Part shown: positions 1 through 9,011 of the stretch, one piece after another
How positions within the stretch are numbered: the first letter of the stretch is position 1
Layout of the letters: each line of letters starts with the position of its first letter
Assembly (NCBI GenBank): GCA_963788925.1
Contig: CAWBIH010000004.1
Location: 5,679 to 69,678, forward strand
Origin: an uncultured Actinomycetota bacterium
GTDB taxonomy: Bacteria > Actinomycetota > UBA4738 > HRBIN12
Length of the DNA stretch: 64,000 bases
Direction: 5' to 3'
Program-made: the position numbers and the translations under genes
The notes under the pieces: generated by a model
What the model saw: only the letters and a program-made list of their open reading frames with translations
Databases searched by the model: none
What the model was told of the DNA's origin: nothing

Positions 1-624
1 CCCGATGTTGAACTGCTTCGCGATGAACGGTGAGTACCCGGCGAGCGAGGTTCCGACGGTCACCGCCCAGATCGCCAGCTGGTCCCACGGCAGCAGGTAG
101 CCGGTGAACGACAGGCCGAGCGTCAGGAAGAGCAGGATCACGCCGACGACCCAGTTGAACTCGCGCGGAGGCTTGTACGCGCCGGTGTAGAAGACCCGCG
201 CCATGTGCAGCGTCACGCTGAAGACCATCAGGTGCGCGCCCCATCGGTGGAGGTTCCGGACGAAGTCCCCCAGGAACACGGTCGTCCGGATGCCCTGCAT
301 GTCCGTGTAGGCCTGCGCGCCGCCGATGTCGGCCATCGGGCGGTAGAAGAACATCAGGAAGATGCCGGTGATCGTGAGCAGGATGAACAGGAAGAACGAC
401 AGGCCGCCGAGGCAGAACGTGTAGGTCAGCTTCAGCCCGTGACGCTTCAGCTTCACCGGGTGGAGGTGGTACAGGACGTTGTTCATCGTCGCGAGCGCGC
501 GGTCGCGCGACGTGTCCTTGTAGCCCTTCCGGTAGATCGAGCCCGGCCGGAAGATCGACTTCCAGACCTCGGTCTCCCGGAGACGATCGCCGAGCTCGCT
601 CGGCGACGGGGGCTTCAACTTCAA
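1..624 (-). CDS. cytochrome b (b6/bc-type, N-terminal haem-binding domain); 3' part lies outside the window
   Basis: Absent from the ORF track because it is edge-truncated. Reverse translation from TTG 624 (GGGGAG Shine-Dalgarno just upstream) gives ...[43 protein letters not shown]...[71 protein letters not shown]. This is the classic cytochrome b helix A-D pattern with conserved His ligands. Confidence 0.85.
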   Translation of the reverse strand, partial: MKLKPPSPSELGDRLRETEVWKSIFRPGSIYRKGYKDTSRDRALATMNNVLYHLHPVKLKRHGLKLTYTFCLGGLSFFLFILLTITGIFLMFFYRPMADIGGAQAYTDMQGIRTTVFLGDFVRNLHRWGAHLMVFSVTLHMARVFYTGAYKPPREFNWVVGVILLFLTLGLSFTGYLLPWDQLAIWAVTVGTSLAGYSPFIAKQFNIG

Positions 625-652
625 CGCGCTCCCCCTCTCGCGGTCGCCGCCA

Positions 653-1048
653 TCACTCTTCCGCCGCCTGGGACGCGGGGACCTCGGCCATCGTCCGTCT
701 GCCGCCGGAACCCTCGGGCAGCCGCGCATAGTACAGCGTGTCCGTGGGGCACCGGTCCACGCAGACCGAGCATCGGGTGCAGGCGTTGTCGTCCACCACG
801 AAGATCGCGGTCGAGGTGAGCACCTCGGCCTCCGCGGCCGGCGTCTCGGCGTCGTCGACGATGTCGGGAGAGAGCATGAAGATGCAGTTCCAGGGACACA
901 CGTCCTCGCACGCCCGGCACAGGATGCAGTTGTCCGGATCGAGCATCAGATGCTTCGGCGACTTCACGCCCTGGGCGAGCCACGAGGGGTCGACCGCCTC
1001 GAGGGTGTAGTCCTCGTGGATGTCCACTTCGGTCTTGGTGAACGGCAT
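653..1048 (-). CDS. 2x[4Fe-4S] dicluster ferredoxin
   Basis: ORF 653-1048. It carries two CxxCxxCxxxCP motifs ([12 protein letters not shown] and [12 protein letters not shown]) and lies directly upstream of cytochrome b on the same strand. Confidence 0.8.
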   Translation of the reverse strand: MPFTKTEVDIHEDYTLEAVDPSWLAQGVKSPKHLMLDPDNCILCRACEDVCPWNCIFMLSPDIVDDAETPAAEAEVLTSTAIFVVDDNACTRCSVCVDRCPTDTLYYARLPEGSGGRRTMAEVPASQAAEE

Positions 1049-1064
1049 CTCTTCCCTTGGCCCC

Positions 1065-1505
1065 CTACCGGTACCCGCCGGTGGGTCGGACGTCGCCGGA
1101 CTCTCCGCGCAGCTTGCGCCGCCAGTTCTGCAGTGCGGCCGCCACGATCAGCACCGTGATGATGGGGCCGGTCGCGAGGCCCATCGCGACCGCGTCGCGG
1201 AGCATGAGCAGGCCCTCCTTGGAGAGCCACAGGAAGGACTCGCGGGAGAAGAAGCTCCCGCCGGTGTTGAAGGGATCGAGGAAGAACGCCTCGAGGTCCG
1301 TCGGTCCCTGCCAGCCGAGCTTCTGCTCGGCGTAGTACATCCACCACGACGACATCACCGACGTCGTGATCAGCAGGAAGAAGATCAGCGCCAACGAGAA
1401 GAGCACGGCGCTCGTCCAGGACCACTCGAAGTCCCTCAGGAACGCCTCGACATGGCGCTTGACGGTCTGGATGGGGGATCTGGCTGTGGTCTCGACCTGG
1501 CTCAT
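1065..1505 (-). CDS. small integral membrane protein (2 predicted TM helices), unknown function; first gene of the cytochrome b operon
   Basis: ORF 1065-1505. Hydrophobic segments are AVLFSLALIFFLLITTSVM and GLATGPIITVLIVAAAL. Codon usage resembles its neighbours and only 16 nt separate it from the ferredoxin. Confidence 0.6.
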   Translation of the reverse strand: MSQVETTARSPIQTVKRHVEAFLRDFEWSWTSAVLFSLALIFFLLITTSVMSSWWMYYAEQKLGWQGPTDLEAFFLDPFNTGGSFFSRESFLWLSKEGLLMLRDAVAMGLATGPIITVLIVAAALQNWRRKLRGESGDVRPTGGYR

Positions 1506-1583
1506 GCGCTCGCTTGCTCCATGGGCGGGCGAATCATAACCGGGCCTCGGGGGGCCTTGCCCTGCTCTCGGCTCCCGCTCCCA

Positions 1584-1603
1584 CTCGTGAAGGTTTTCAC
1601 GAG
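1584..1603. promoter_or_regulatory. Rex-operator-like palindrome CTCGTGAAGGTTTTCACGAG (perfect 8-4-8 inverted repeat)
   Basis: Located in the 142-bp divergent intergenic region between the cytochrome b operon and ccdA. It fits TTGTGAA-N4-TTCACAA in the GTGAA/TTCAC core. A TAGTCT -10-like hexamer sits 7 nt upstream on the minus strand. Confidence 0.55.
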
Positions 1604-1647
1604 CGGCTCCAGACTATGTCCCGGTCGGAGCGCAGACAACTCAGCTC

Positions 1648-2400
1648 GTGGAGCGGTGGGAGACTGAGCCGATGCTGGCGGGACTGGTCGAGACGGGGCT
1701 CTCGTCGTGGTGGGCGCCGGCCCTCGCCTTCGCCGCCGGGGTCGTCTCCTTCGCCAGCCCGTGCGTCCTGCCGCTGGTGCCCGGCTACGTCTCGTTCATC
1801 ACGGGGAGCCGCGCCACCGAAGGCGAGGGCCGGCGCCCGATCCTCGCGATCCTGCTGTTCATCCTGGGATTCACGATCGTGTTCACGCTGCTGGGCGCGT
1901 TCGCGGGGACCTTCGTCCGGTTCTTCCGGGATCCCTGGTTCCAGCGGGCGGCCGGGCTGGTGGTGCTCGTCCTCGGCCTCCTGATGCTCGGCTACGCGTT
2001 CCGCCGCGGCTCGCCGCGGCTGTACGCGGAGCGGCGGCCCTTGCTCGAGCGGGTGCGCCCCGGCACCGCCGGGGCGCTCCCGCTCGGCGTGGCGTTCGCC
2101 GCGGGCTGGACGCCGTGCATCGGGCCGGTGCTCGCGGGGATCCTCGCGATCGCGGCGGGCGGCGGCTCGTTCAAGGGGGCGGCGCTGCTGGCCGTGTACT
2201 CGCTCGGGCTGGGTCTGCCGTTCCTGCTCGTGGGCATCGGGGCCGACCGCCTCGTGGGGAGGCTGGGTTGGGTGCGGCGGCACTACCGGGCGATCGCGGG
2301 CGTCTCCGGTGCGCTCCTTGCGACCGTCGGGATCTTGCTGATGACGGGTCTGTTCCGTCAGGTCCTCGCGCCGCTCGCGCGCTTCGCGCCGCAGCTGTGA
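1648..2400 (+). CDS. ccdA: cytochrome c biogenesis thiol-disulfide transporter CcdA
   Basis: ORF 1648-2400 encodes a multi-TM protein with SPCVLPLVPGY and TPCIGPVL motifs (DsbD/CcdA family). An alternative start is ATG 1672. Confidence 0.85.
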   Translation: MERWETEPMLAGLVETGLSSWWAPALAFAAGVVSFASPCVLPLVPGYVSFITGSRATEGEGRRPILAILLFILGFTIVFTLLGAFAGTFVRFFRDPWFQRAAGLVVLVLGLLMLGYAFRRGSPRLYAERRPLLERVRPGTAGALPLGVAFAAGWTPCIGPVLAGILAIAAGGGSFKGAALLAVYSLGLGLPFLLVGIGADRLVGRLGWVRRHYRAIAGVSGALLATVGILLMTGLFRQVLAPLARFAPQL

Positions 2401-2456
2401 CCAAAGACCGTGGCGGATGGACGGGCGGAGGAGGCGCTCCTAGCATCGGGGCGCCC

Positions 2457-4001
2457 ATGACGACCTCGTCCGGTCCCACCGTCCGCCAGTCGGTCGCTCT
2501 CGTGTGGCGCACGTTGCGGTCCATGCGCACCGCGCTGATCCTCCTGTTGATCCTCGCGGCGGCGGCCGTGATCGGCTCGCTCCTGCCCCAGATCCCGAAC
2601 TCGCCGGAGCGCGTAGGTCAGTACCTCGTCGACCACGGGTTCTGGGGACCGGTGTTCTTCCGCGCCGGCTTCTTCGACGTCTTCGGCTCGTGGTGGTTCG
2701 TCCTGATCACGACGTTGCTCTGCGTGTCGCTCGCGGCGTGCCTGTTCCCTCGGACGAGAGCCATGATCCGAGCGATCCGGCAGCGGCCCATCCATGCGAG
2801 GGAGCTCGACGGGTTCCGCCACCACGCCGAGGTGCATGTCGGCACCGGCCCCGACGAGGCCGCCGTGACCGCGGCGCGCTATCTCCGGCGGAAGCGATTC
2901 CGCGTCTCCCGGGAGGGTCTCGGCATCGCCGCCGAGAAAGGAGTGCTCCGCGAGGTCGGGAGTCTCCTGTTCCACTGGGCGTTCTTCCTGCTCCTCCTCG
3001 GCGTGATCGTCGGGAAGGGCACGGGGTTCACGGGGCGTGCGGTCGTGACGGAGGGGGAGACGTTCGTGGATGCGCTGCCCAACTACTCCGGCCAGCTCCG
3101 CACGGGCAGGTATTTCGGCGGAGGCTTCACGGGCCTCGGCGTGCAGCTGCTCGACTTCGAGGACAGCTATCGCCGCAACGGCCAGCCGATCGACTTCGCG
3201 TCCCGGGTCAGGTTCCTCGATCGCGAGGGTCGGCCGACCGGCACCGACGAGGTGCGCGTGAACCATCCGGCGTCGGTGGGGGGTCTTCGGATCTTCCAGG
3301 AGGGGTTCGGGTGGGCGCCGGTCGTCGACGTGTCCCTGGACGGACGCCCGCTCTGGTCCTCGCCGATCGAGATGACGAGGGACGACGCGCCGGAGGGCGT
3401 CCCGGCCACCGCGATGCCGTGGCGCGGCGCGATCAAGCTCACCGCGCCCGAGCCCGACGTGACGATCACCCTCGAGCTCTGGCCGGACTTCCGGGCGTTC
3501 GCCAACCTCCAGCTCACCGGCGAGCCGACGCCGATGTTCGTCCAGTTCGACCCCTACATCCGGTACTCGGTGTACCGAGGCGAGATCGCCGACCCGGCGG
3601 TGTCGAACCTCGATACGAGCGGCCTGCACCTCGAGGGCCGCGGGGATCTCCACGCCGCCGGCACGAGCGCCTTCGACCTGCCCGGCGGCGAGGAGCTCCG
3701 GCTCGGGTTCCCGGAGCTCCGCCACTACAGCGTTCTGCTCATCAGCCGCGACGTGGGTATCCCGGTGGTGCTGGCCGCGGCTATCCTCGTCCTCGTGGGA
3801 CTCATCCCCTCGCTGTACGTCTCCCGGCGCAAGGTCTGGATCCGAGCGGAGGCCGCCCCCGGCGGCGCACTCGTGAAGATCGGTGGCTTCTCCCTGCAGC
3901 GGAAGGACTCCTTCGAAGAGGAGTTCGATCGGATCGTGCGAGCCATCGGCGGACCTCGGGAGCCCGAGTCGCAGCGGCACGAGAAGGTGGGGACGTCGTG
4001 A
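2457..4001 (+). CDS. resB: cytochrome c biogenesis protein ResB/Ccs1 (system II)
   Basis: In-frame ATG 2457 within ORF 1707-4001; the upstream part overlaps ccdA and is Arg/Pro-rich noise. The protein has N-terminal TMs (RTALILLLILAAAAVIGSLLPQ, WWFVLITTLLCVSLAACLF), a large extracytoplasmic domain and a C-terminal TM. Confidence 0.85.
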   Translation: MTTSSGPTVRQSVALVWRTLRSMRTALILLLILAAAAVIGSLLPQIPNSPERVGQYLVDHGFWGPVFFRAGFFDVFGSWWFVLITTLLCVSLAACLFPRTRAMIRAIRQRPIHARELDGFRHHAEVHVGTGPDEAAVTAARYLRRKRFRVSREGLGIAAEKGVLREVGSLLFHWAFFLLLLGVIVGKGTGFTGRAVVTEGETFVDALPNYSGQLRTGRYFGGGFTGLGVQLLDFEDSYRRNGQPIDFASRVRFLDREGRPTGTDEVRVNHPASVGGLRIFQEGFGWAPVVDVSLDGRPLWSSPIEMTRDDAPEGVPATAMPWRGAIKLTAPEPDVTITLELWPDFRAFANLQLTGEPTPMFVQFDPYIRYSVYRGEIADPAVSNLDTSGLHLEGRGDLHAAGTSAFDLPGGEELRLGFPELRHYSVLLISRDVGIPVVLAAAILVLVGLIPSLYVSRRKVWIRAEAAPGGALVKIGGFSLQRKDSFEEEFDRIVRAIGGPREPESQRHEKVGTS

Positions 4002-4945
4002 ACTGGGCGAGGATCTCGAGCACCGCGTTCGACGTGACGATCTGGCTCTACCTCGGCGCCATGGTGCTCTCCTTCGCCTACCTCGCGGCCCGGCGCGATC
4101 TGCTGTGGGTGACGGCGCGCGTCGTGGCGATCGCCGGCGCGACGGCCAACCTGCTCTCGATCGTCGCGCGAGGGATGGCGGCCGACCGCGTTCCCTGGGG
4201 CAACATGTTCGAGTACTCGACCGTGCTCGCCTTCCTGGTGGTCGTCGGGACGCTCGTCTTCGTCGAGGGTGTCGCGAAGATCAAGACGCTCACCGGGTTC
4301 ACGTTGATGTTCTCGGTGCTGACGCTCGCGATCGCGGCGATGTTCTTCCCGGTCGAGCCGAGTCCGCTCCAGCCGGCGCTCAACTCGTACTGGATCAAGA
4401 TCCACGTCGTCGCGGCGATCACCGGCTCGTCGCTCTTCGCGATCGGCGGGATCGCGACGATCCTGTTCCTCATCAAGGACCGATCGGAGCGGCGCTCGCT
4501 CGCGGTTCGCCGCGATCGCCCGCCCGCCCCGATCATGGGCGGCGCGGTCGAGGTCGACGCGCCGCACGACCTCCTGCCGGATCCCGAGGGTGCCGGCGGA
4601 GCGCCCGAGCCGCGGCAGGGCGGCGTCCTGCCGTCCGCCGCCGCCCTGGACCGCGTGGCGTATCGCGTGATCGCGTTCGCGTTCCCCATCTGGACCTTCG
4701 CCGTGATCGCCGGCGCGATCTGGGCGCAGCAGGCGTGGGGCCGCTACTGGGGATGGGATCCGAAGGAGACGTGGTCGTTCGTCACCTGGACGATCTTCGC
4801 GGGTTATCTGCACGCGCGATCGACGGCCGGATGGAAGGGCCGACGGGCCGCCGTCATCGCGGTCGTGGGATTCATCTCGCTGCTGATCACCTACTACGCC
4901 GTCAATCTGTGGATCGTCGGACTGCATTCGTACGCGAAGGGATGA
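3998..4945 (+). CDS. ccsA: cytochrome c assembly protein CcsA/ResC (system II)
   Basis: GTG 3998 overlaps the resB stop (GTGA). The product is polytopic and carries the Trp-rich haem-handling motif WGRYWGWDPKETWSFVTW. Confidence 0.85.
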   Translation: MNWARISSTAFDVTIWLYLGAMVLSFAYLAARRDLLWVTARVVAIAGATANLLSIVARGMAADRVPWGNMFEYSTVLAFLVVVGTLVFVEGVAKIKTLTGFTLMFSVLTLAIAAMFFPVEPSPLQPALNSYWIKIHVVAAITGSSLFAIGGIATILFLIKDRSERRSLAVRRDRPPAPIMGGAVEVDAPHDLLPDPEGAGGAPEPRQGGVLPSAAALDRVAYRVIAFAFPIWTFAVIAGAIWAQQAWGRYWGWDPKETWSFVTWTIFAGYLHARSTAGWKGRRAAVIAVVGFISLLITYYAVNLWIVGLHSYAKG

Positions 4946-5031
4946 GCTCGCAAGTCGCGAGAGACCCCGGTGATACAGTGCGCGCGGGCTCGCCGAGCCC
5001 GTCCTCGAGGCTCCGGGAGACCGAAGGAACC

Positions 5032-6136
5032 GTGCGGAAGAGGTTGCTCTGGGCGGCGGCCGCCATCGGCCTGCTGTTCCTGTTGGGGTCCTGCGCATCC
5101 GACGCGACGCAGAGCACCCTCGAGCCGCAAGGCCCGTACGCCAAGGAGCTGAAGGACCTCTTCGTCCCCGTGTTCTGGGTGGCCGTCGGCGTCTTCGTGA
5201 TCGTCGAGGGCGCCATCGTCTGGATCTCGATCCGGTTCCGGCACCGCAAGGGCAGGGAACGGATGCCCGCCCAGACCCACGGCAACACCCGGCTGGAGAT
5301 CGGCTGGACGATCGCGCCCGCGCTGATCCTCGCCGGCGTGATGGTGCCCACCATCGCCACGATCTGGGACCTCGCCCGCAAGCCGCCCGCCGATGCCCTC
5401 AACGTCACCGTCCGGGGCTTCCAGTGGTGGTGGGGCTTCGAGTACACGGACCCAGACATGCAGGCCGACTACGGAGACGGTGAGCAGATCCAGACCGCCG
5501 ACGTCCTGGTGATCCCCGAGGACCGGGTCGTCTACCTCTCCCTCGAGGGCGCCGGGGGGAAGATCATCAAGAACGATCCCGCCGACTCGGACTACATGGT
5601 GATCCACTCCTTCTGGATCCCGGAGCTCGCCGGCAAACAGGACGTCGTGCCGGGACGCACGAACCACATCCTGATGCAGGCGGACGAGCCGGGGATGTAC
5701 GAGGGTCAGTGCGCCGAGTTCTGCGGCCTGCAACACGGGCGGATGCTCGTGCGGGTCCGTGCGCTCTCCGCCGATGACTGGGACGCGTGGGTCAGCAACC
5801 ACAAGAGCCCGGCGGCCAGGCCCTCGGATCCGCTCGCCGCCAAGGGGATGGGTCTGTTCATGGGCCAGCTCTCCGACGGCCGTGGGTCGTGCGTCGAATG
5901 CCATGCGATCGGTGGCACGGACGCGGCGAGCTCCGACCGCGCCGAACCTCACGCACTTCGCCGACCCCACGCACGAGTGCTTCGCGGGGTGCAACTGGCC
6001 GACGAGCGATCGCGAGGCGCTCGAAGCGTGGCTCCGAAACCCCGATGCCGTGAAGATGGGCGCCAAGATGCCCAACTACCATCTGAGCCAAGAGGAGATC
6101 GACGCCCTGGTCGCCTACCTCTACAGCCTGAAATGA
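5032..6136 (+). CDS. ctaC: cytochrome c oxidase subunit II with fused C-terminal cytochrome c domain (caa3-type); apparent +1 frame break near 5935-5941
   Basis: GTG 5032. Lipobox LLFLLGSC; CuA site HSFWIPELAGK...CAEFCGLQHGRM; haem c site CVECH. The rest of the cytochrome c domain (APNLTHFADP...MPNYHLSQEEIDALVAYLYSLK) continues in the ORF 5759-6136 frame. Confidence 0.85.
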
Positions 6137-6155
6137 GTCATGAGATGACCGAGCG

Positions 6156-8042
6156 ATGGCGATCGTGAGCACGACCGCGAGGCGGGAGGGGATCCTGCGG
6201 CGTCCGACGGCCATCACCGGCTTCTGGAGCTGGTTCACGACCATCGACCACAAGAAGATCGGGATCCTCTACGGCGCGACGGCCCTCGTGTTCTTCCTCG
6301 TCGGAGGCCTCGAGGCGCTCCTGATCCGCTCCCAGCTCGCGCAGCCCAACGGCACCCTGTTGAACGCCGATCAGTACAACCAGATCTTCACGATGCACGG
6401 CGTCACGATGGTCTTCCTGTTCGTGATGCCGATGTCGGCGGCGTTCTTCAACTACTTCATCCCGCTGATGATCGGCGCCCGCGACGTGGCGTTCCCTCGT
6501 CTGAACGCCTACAGCTACTGGGTGTTCCTGCTCGGCGGGCTCTTCCTCTATTCGAGCTTCTTCCTGGGCGGCGCGCCCAACTGCGGATGGTTCTGCTACG
6601 CCCCGAACTCGATCTTCGATCCGACGGTCGGACCCACGTTCTACGCCCTCGGTCTGATCATCACCGGCATCGCGTCCACCGCGGGTGCGGTGAACCTGGC
6701 CGTGACCGTCATCAACATGCGTGCGCCGGGCATGTCGCTGTTCCGGGTCCCGGTCTTCGTGTGGATGGGCCTCGTCGTGCAGCTGCTGCTGGCCTTCTCG
6801 CTGCCGATCATCACGGTCGCCCTCTTCGAGCTGCTGTTCGACCGCGAGTTCGGAACCCACTTCTTCGATCCGACGGCGGGCGGTGACCCGATCCTGTGGC
6901 AGCACCTGTTCTGGCTCTTCGGCCATCCGGAGGTCTACATCCTGGTCCTGCCCGCGTTCGGGATCGTGAGCGAGATCCTGCCGGTGTTCAGCCGCAAGCC
7001 GTTGTTCGGCTACCAGTTCGTCGTGTTCTCCGGGATCGCGATCGGGTTCATCGGGTTCGGCGTCTGGGCCCACCACATGTTCGCGGCCGGCCTGGGGCCG
7101 GTGGCGAACACCGCCTTCGGCGTCTCGACCGCGATCATCGCGATCCCGACCGGCGTGAAGATCTTCAACTGGATGGGCACGATGTACCGGGGTGACATCC
7201 GCTTCACCTCGGCGATGCTCTTCGCGATCGGCACCGTGACGATGTTCGTGATCGGCGGTCTCTCCGGCGTCACGCACACGATCGTGCCGTCGGACTACCA
7301 GCAGACGGACACCTACTACATCGTCGCGCACTTCCACTACGTGATCTTCGGCGGTGCGGTGTTCGGGCTGTTCGGCGGGATGTACTACTGGTGGCCGAAG
7401 GTGTTCGGGCGGAAGCTGAGCGAGGGCCTCGGGAAGCTCCACTTCTGGGTGATGATCGTCGGGTTCAACCTCGCGTTCGGCCCGATGCACATCCTCGGAC
7501 TCCAGGGCATGATCCGCCGCACCTACACGTATCCGGAGACGCTCGGCCTGACGTTCTGGAACGAGGTGGCGACGGTCGGTGCGTTCCTGATCGCCGTGTC
7601 GATCCTCATCTTCCTCGTGAACGTCGTGGTCACGCACGCGAAGGCGAGGCCGAACGCCGCCGACGTCGCCGACCCCTGGGACGCGCGGACCCTCGAGTGG
7701 ATGACGCCCTCGCCTCCTCCGGTGCACAACTTCGACGACATCCCCACGGTCCACGCGCTCGACGAGTTCTGGCATCGCAAGTACGTCGAGGACGAGCGGA
7801 CCGGACGGCTGGTGCCGGCGCAGGCCGGGGCGGCGAACGGCCATGAGGATGCCCACGGCGGTGGGCACGGGATCCATCTGCCGAGCCCGTCGTATTGGCC
7901 GGTCGTCGCGGCGCTCGGGATGCCGGTGATCGCGTACGGCGTCCTCTACTCGTGGTGGCTCGTCGGGGCCGGCGTGCTGCTCACGCTCGTCGGCTTCTAC
8001 GCCTGGGCCTTGGAACCGTCGGTGTCCTCGGGGGACGCGTAG
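6156..8042 (+). CDS. ctaD: cytochrome c oxidase subunit I
   Basis: ORF 6156-8042 (628 aa). Motifs include WFTTIDHKKIGILY, FWLFGHPEVYILVLPAFG and HHMFAAGL. Confidence 0.95.
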   Translation: MAIVSTTARREGILRRPTAITGFWSWFTTIDHKKIGILYGATALVFFLVGGLEALLIRSQLAQPNGTLLNADQYNQIFTMHGVTMVFLFVMPMSAAFFNYFIPLMIGARDVAFPRLNAYSYWVFLLGGLFLYSSFFLGGAPNCGWFCYAPNSIFDPTVGPTFYALGLIITGIASTAGAVNLAVTVINMRAPGMSLFRVPVFVWMGLVVQLLLAFSLPIITVALFELLFDREFGTHFFDPTAGGDPILWQHLFWLFGHPEVYILVLPAFGIVSEILPVFSRKPLFGYQFVVFSGIAIGFIGFGVWAHHMFAAGLGPVANTAFGVSTAIIAIPTGVKIFNWMGTMYRGDIRFTSAMLFAIGTVTMFVIGGLSGVTHTIVPSDYQQTDTYYIVAHFHYVIFGGAVFGLFGGMYYWWPKVFGRKLSEGLGKLHFWVMIVGFNLAFGPMHILGLQGMIRRTYTYPETLGLTFWNEVATVGAFLIAVSILIFLVNVVVTHAKARPNAADVADPWDARTLEWMTPSPPPVHNFDDIPTVHALDEFWHRKYVEDERTGRLVPAQAGAANGHEDAHGGGHGIHLPSPSYWPVVAALGMPVIAYGVLYSWWLVGAGVLLTLVGFYAWALEPSVSSGDA

Positions 8043-8044
8043 CC

Positions 8045-8686
8045 ATGGCGGACGTCGCGATCGAGCGTGGCGGCGGCCACGGCGCCGACCATCCGGAGAC
8101 CACCACCGGGCTGCCGCACACGAAGCTCGCGATGTGGGTGTTCCTCGCGTCGGAGTGCATGTTGTTCGGCGCGCTGATCACCACCTACGTGCTCTATCGA
8201 GGGAGGAGCCTCGAGCCCCCGTTCCCGGCCGACATCTTCGACATCCCGTACACGTCGGTGTCCTCGTTCGTGCTGCTCGCCAGCTCGCTGACGATGGTGC
8301 TCGCCCTGTCGGCCGCGCAGCAGCGGGACGAGGGCCGGATGCGCCTGTGGCTGCTCACGACCGCGCTCCTGGGCATGACGTTCGTCGGAGGGCAGGTGTA
8401 CGAGTTCACGGCCTTCTACGACGAAGGGCTCAAGCTCTCGACGAATCTGTTCGGGACGACCTTCTACGTCCTCACCGGGTTCCACGGCGTCCACGTGACC
8501 GTCGGCGTCTTGATGCTGCTGTCGTTGTTCGGGATGTCCTTCGCCAAGCGCCTGCCGGACGACCCGTCGTTCCCGGTCGAGATGGTCGGGCTCTACTGGC
8601 ACTTCGTCGACATCGTGTGGATCGTGATCTTCACCGTGGTGTACCTGATCCCGACGCCGAGTCCGGGGGGTCCCGGTGGCCCTTGA
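8045..8686 (+). CDS. ctaE: cytochrome c oxidase subunit III
   Basis: ATG 8045 within ORF 7895-8686. Motifs include LAMWVFLASECMLFGALI and FYVLTGFHGVHVTVG. Confidence 0.9.
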   Translation: MADVAIERGGGHGADHPETTTGLPHTKLAMWVFLASECMLFGALITTYVLYRGRSLEPPFPADIFDIPYTSVSSFVLLASSLTMVLALSAAQQRDEGRMRLWLLTTALLGMTFVGGQVYEFTAFYDEGLKLSTNLFGTTFYVLTGFHGVHVTVGVLMLLSLFGMSFAKRLPDDPSFPVEMVGLYWHFVDIVWIVIFTVVYLIPTPSPGGPGGP

Positions 8687-9011
8687 GGAACGGGTAGAGC
8701 CCGCGGAGGCCCCTGCCTCGGCGGGAGCGCACGCCGCGGGTCATCCGAGTCCCAAGGAGTACGTCCGGATCGGGCTGATCCTCTTCGTCCTGACGGCGCT
8801 CGAGATCGCGGCGTCGTACACGAAGGTGAGCGGGGCGGTGTTGATCCCGACGCTGTTCGTCCTCGCGGTCGTCAAGTTCGCGCTGGTCGTGCTGTGGTTC
8901 ATGCACCTCAAGTTCGATGACCGTCGCTACGCGCGCTTCTTCGTGATGGGCCTCGCCGGCGCGTCCATCCTGTATCTGATCGTCCTGATCACGTTCAAGG
9001 TCTTCCTCTGA
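8676..9011 (+). CDS. ctaF: cytochrome c oxidase subunit IV (small prokaryotic COX4-type)
   Basis: ORF 8676-9011 (GTG start). Three-TM small protein containing KFALVVLWFMHLKFD, positioned after ctaE. Confidence 0.75.
   Translation: MALEERVEPAEAPASAGAHAAGHPSPKEYVRIGLILFVLTALEIAASYTKVSGAVLIPTLFVLAVVKFALVVLWFMHLKFDDRRYARFFVMGLAGASILYLIVLITFKVFL

Noticed and set aside
5925-5945. Programmed ribosomal frameshifting or other recoding as the explanation for the split ctaC (and nuoH, nusG, etc.).
   Set aside because: I recognised no slippery X-XXY-YYZ heptamer or stimulatory structure at any break. The breaks occur in many unrelated genes, including accessory ones. Single-base indels restore the conserved sequence exactly. 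A sequence-quality artefact, or decay in the accessory stretch, is more parsimonious.
7155-7167. A palindrome GTGAAGATCTTCA resembling half of the Rex-like operator.
   Set aside because: It lies inside ctaD, where it encodes the conserved GVKIFNW segment. The right arm is TTCAA rather than TTCAC, and no -10 element is adjacent.
7790-8042. The C-terminal two-TM extension of CtaD (HGIHLPSPSYWPVV...) as a novel subunit fusion.
   Set aside because: As far as I recall, a similar C-terminal extension is common in Gram-positive and Thermus-type subunit I sequences, so I did not treat it as unusual.
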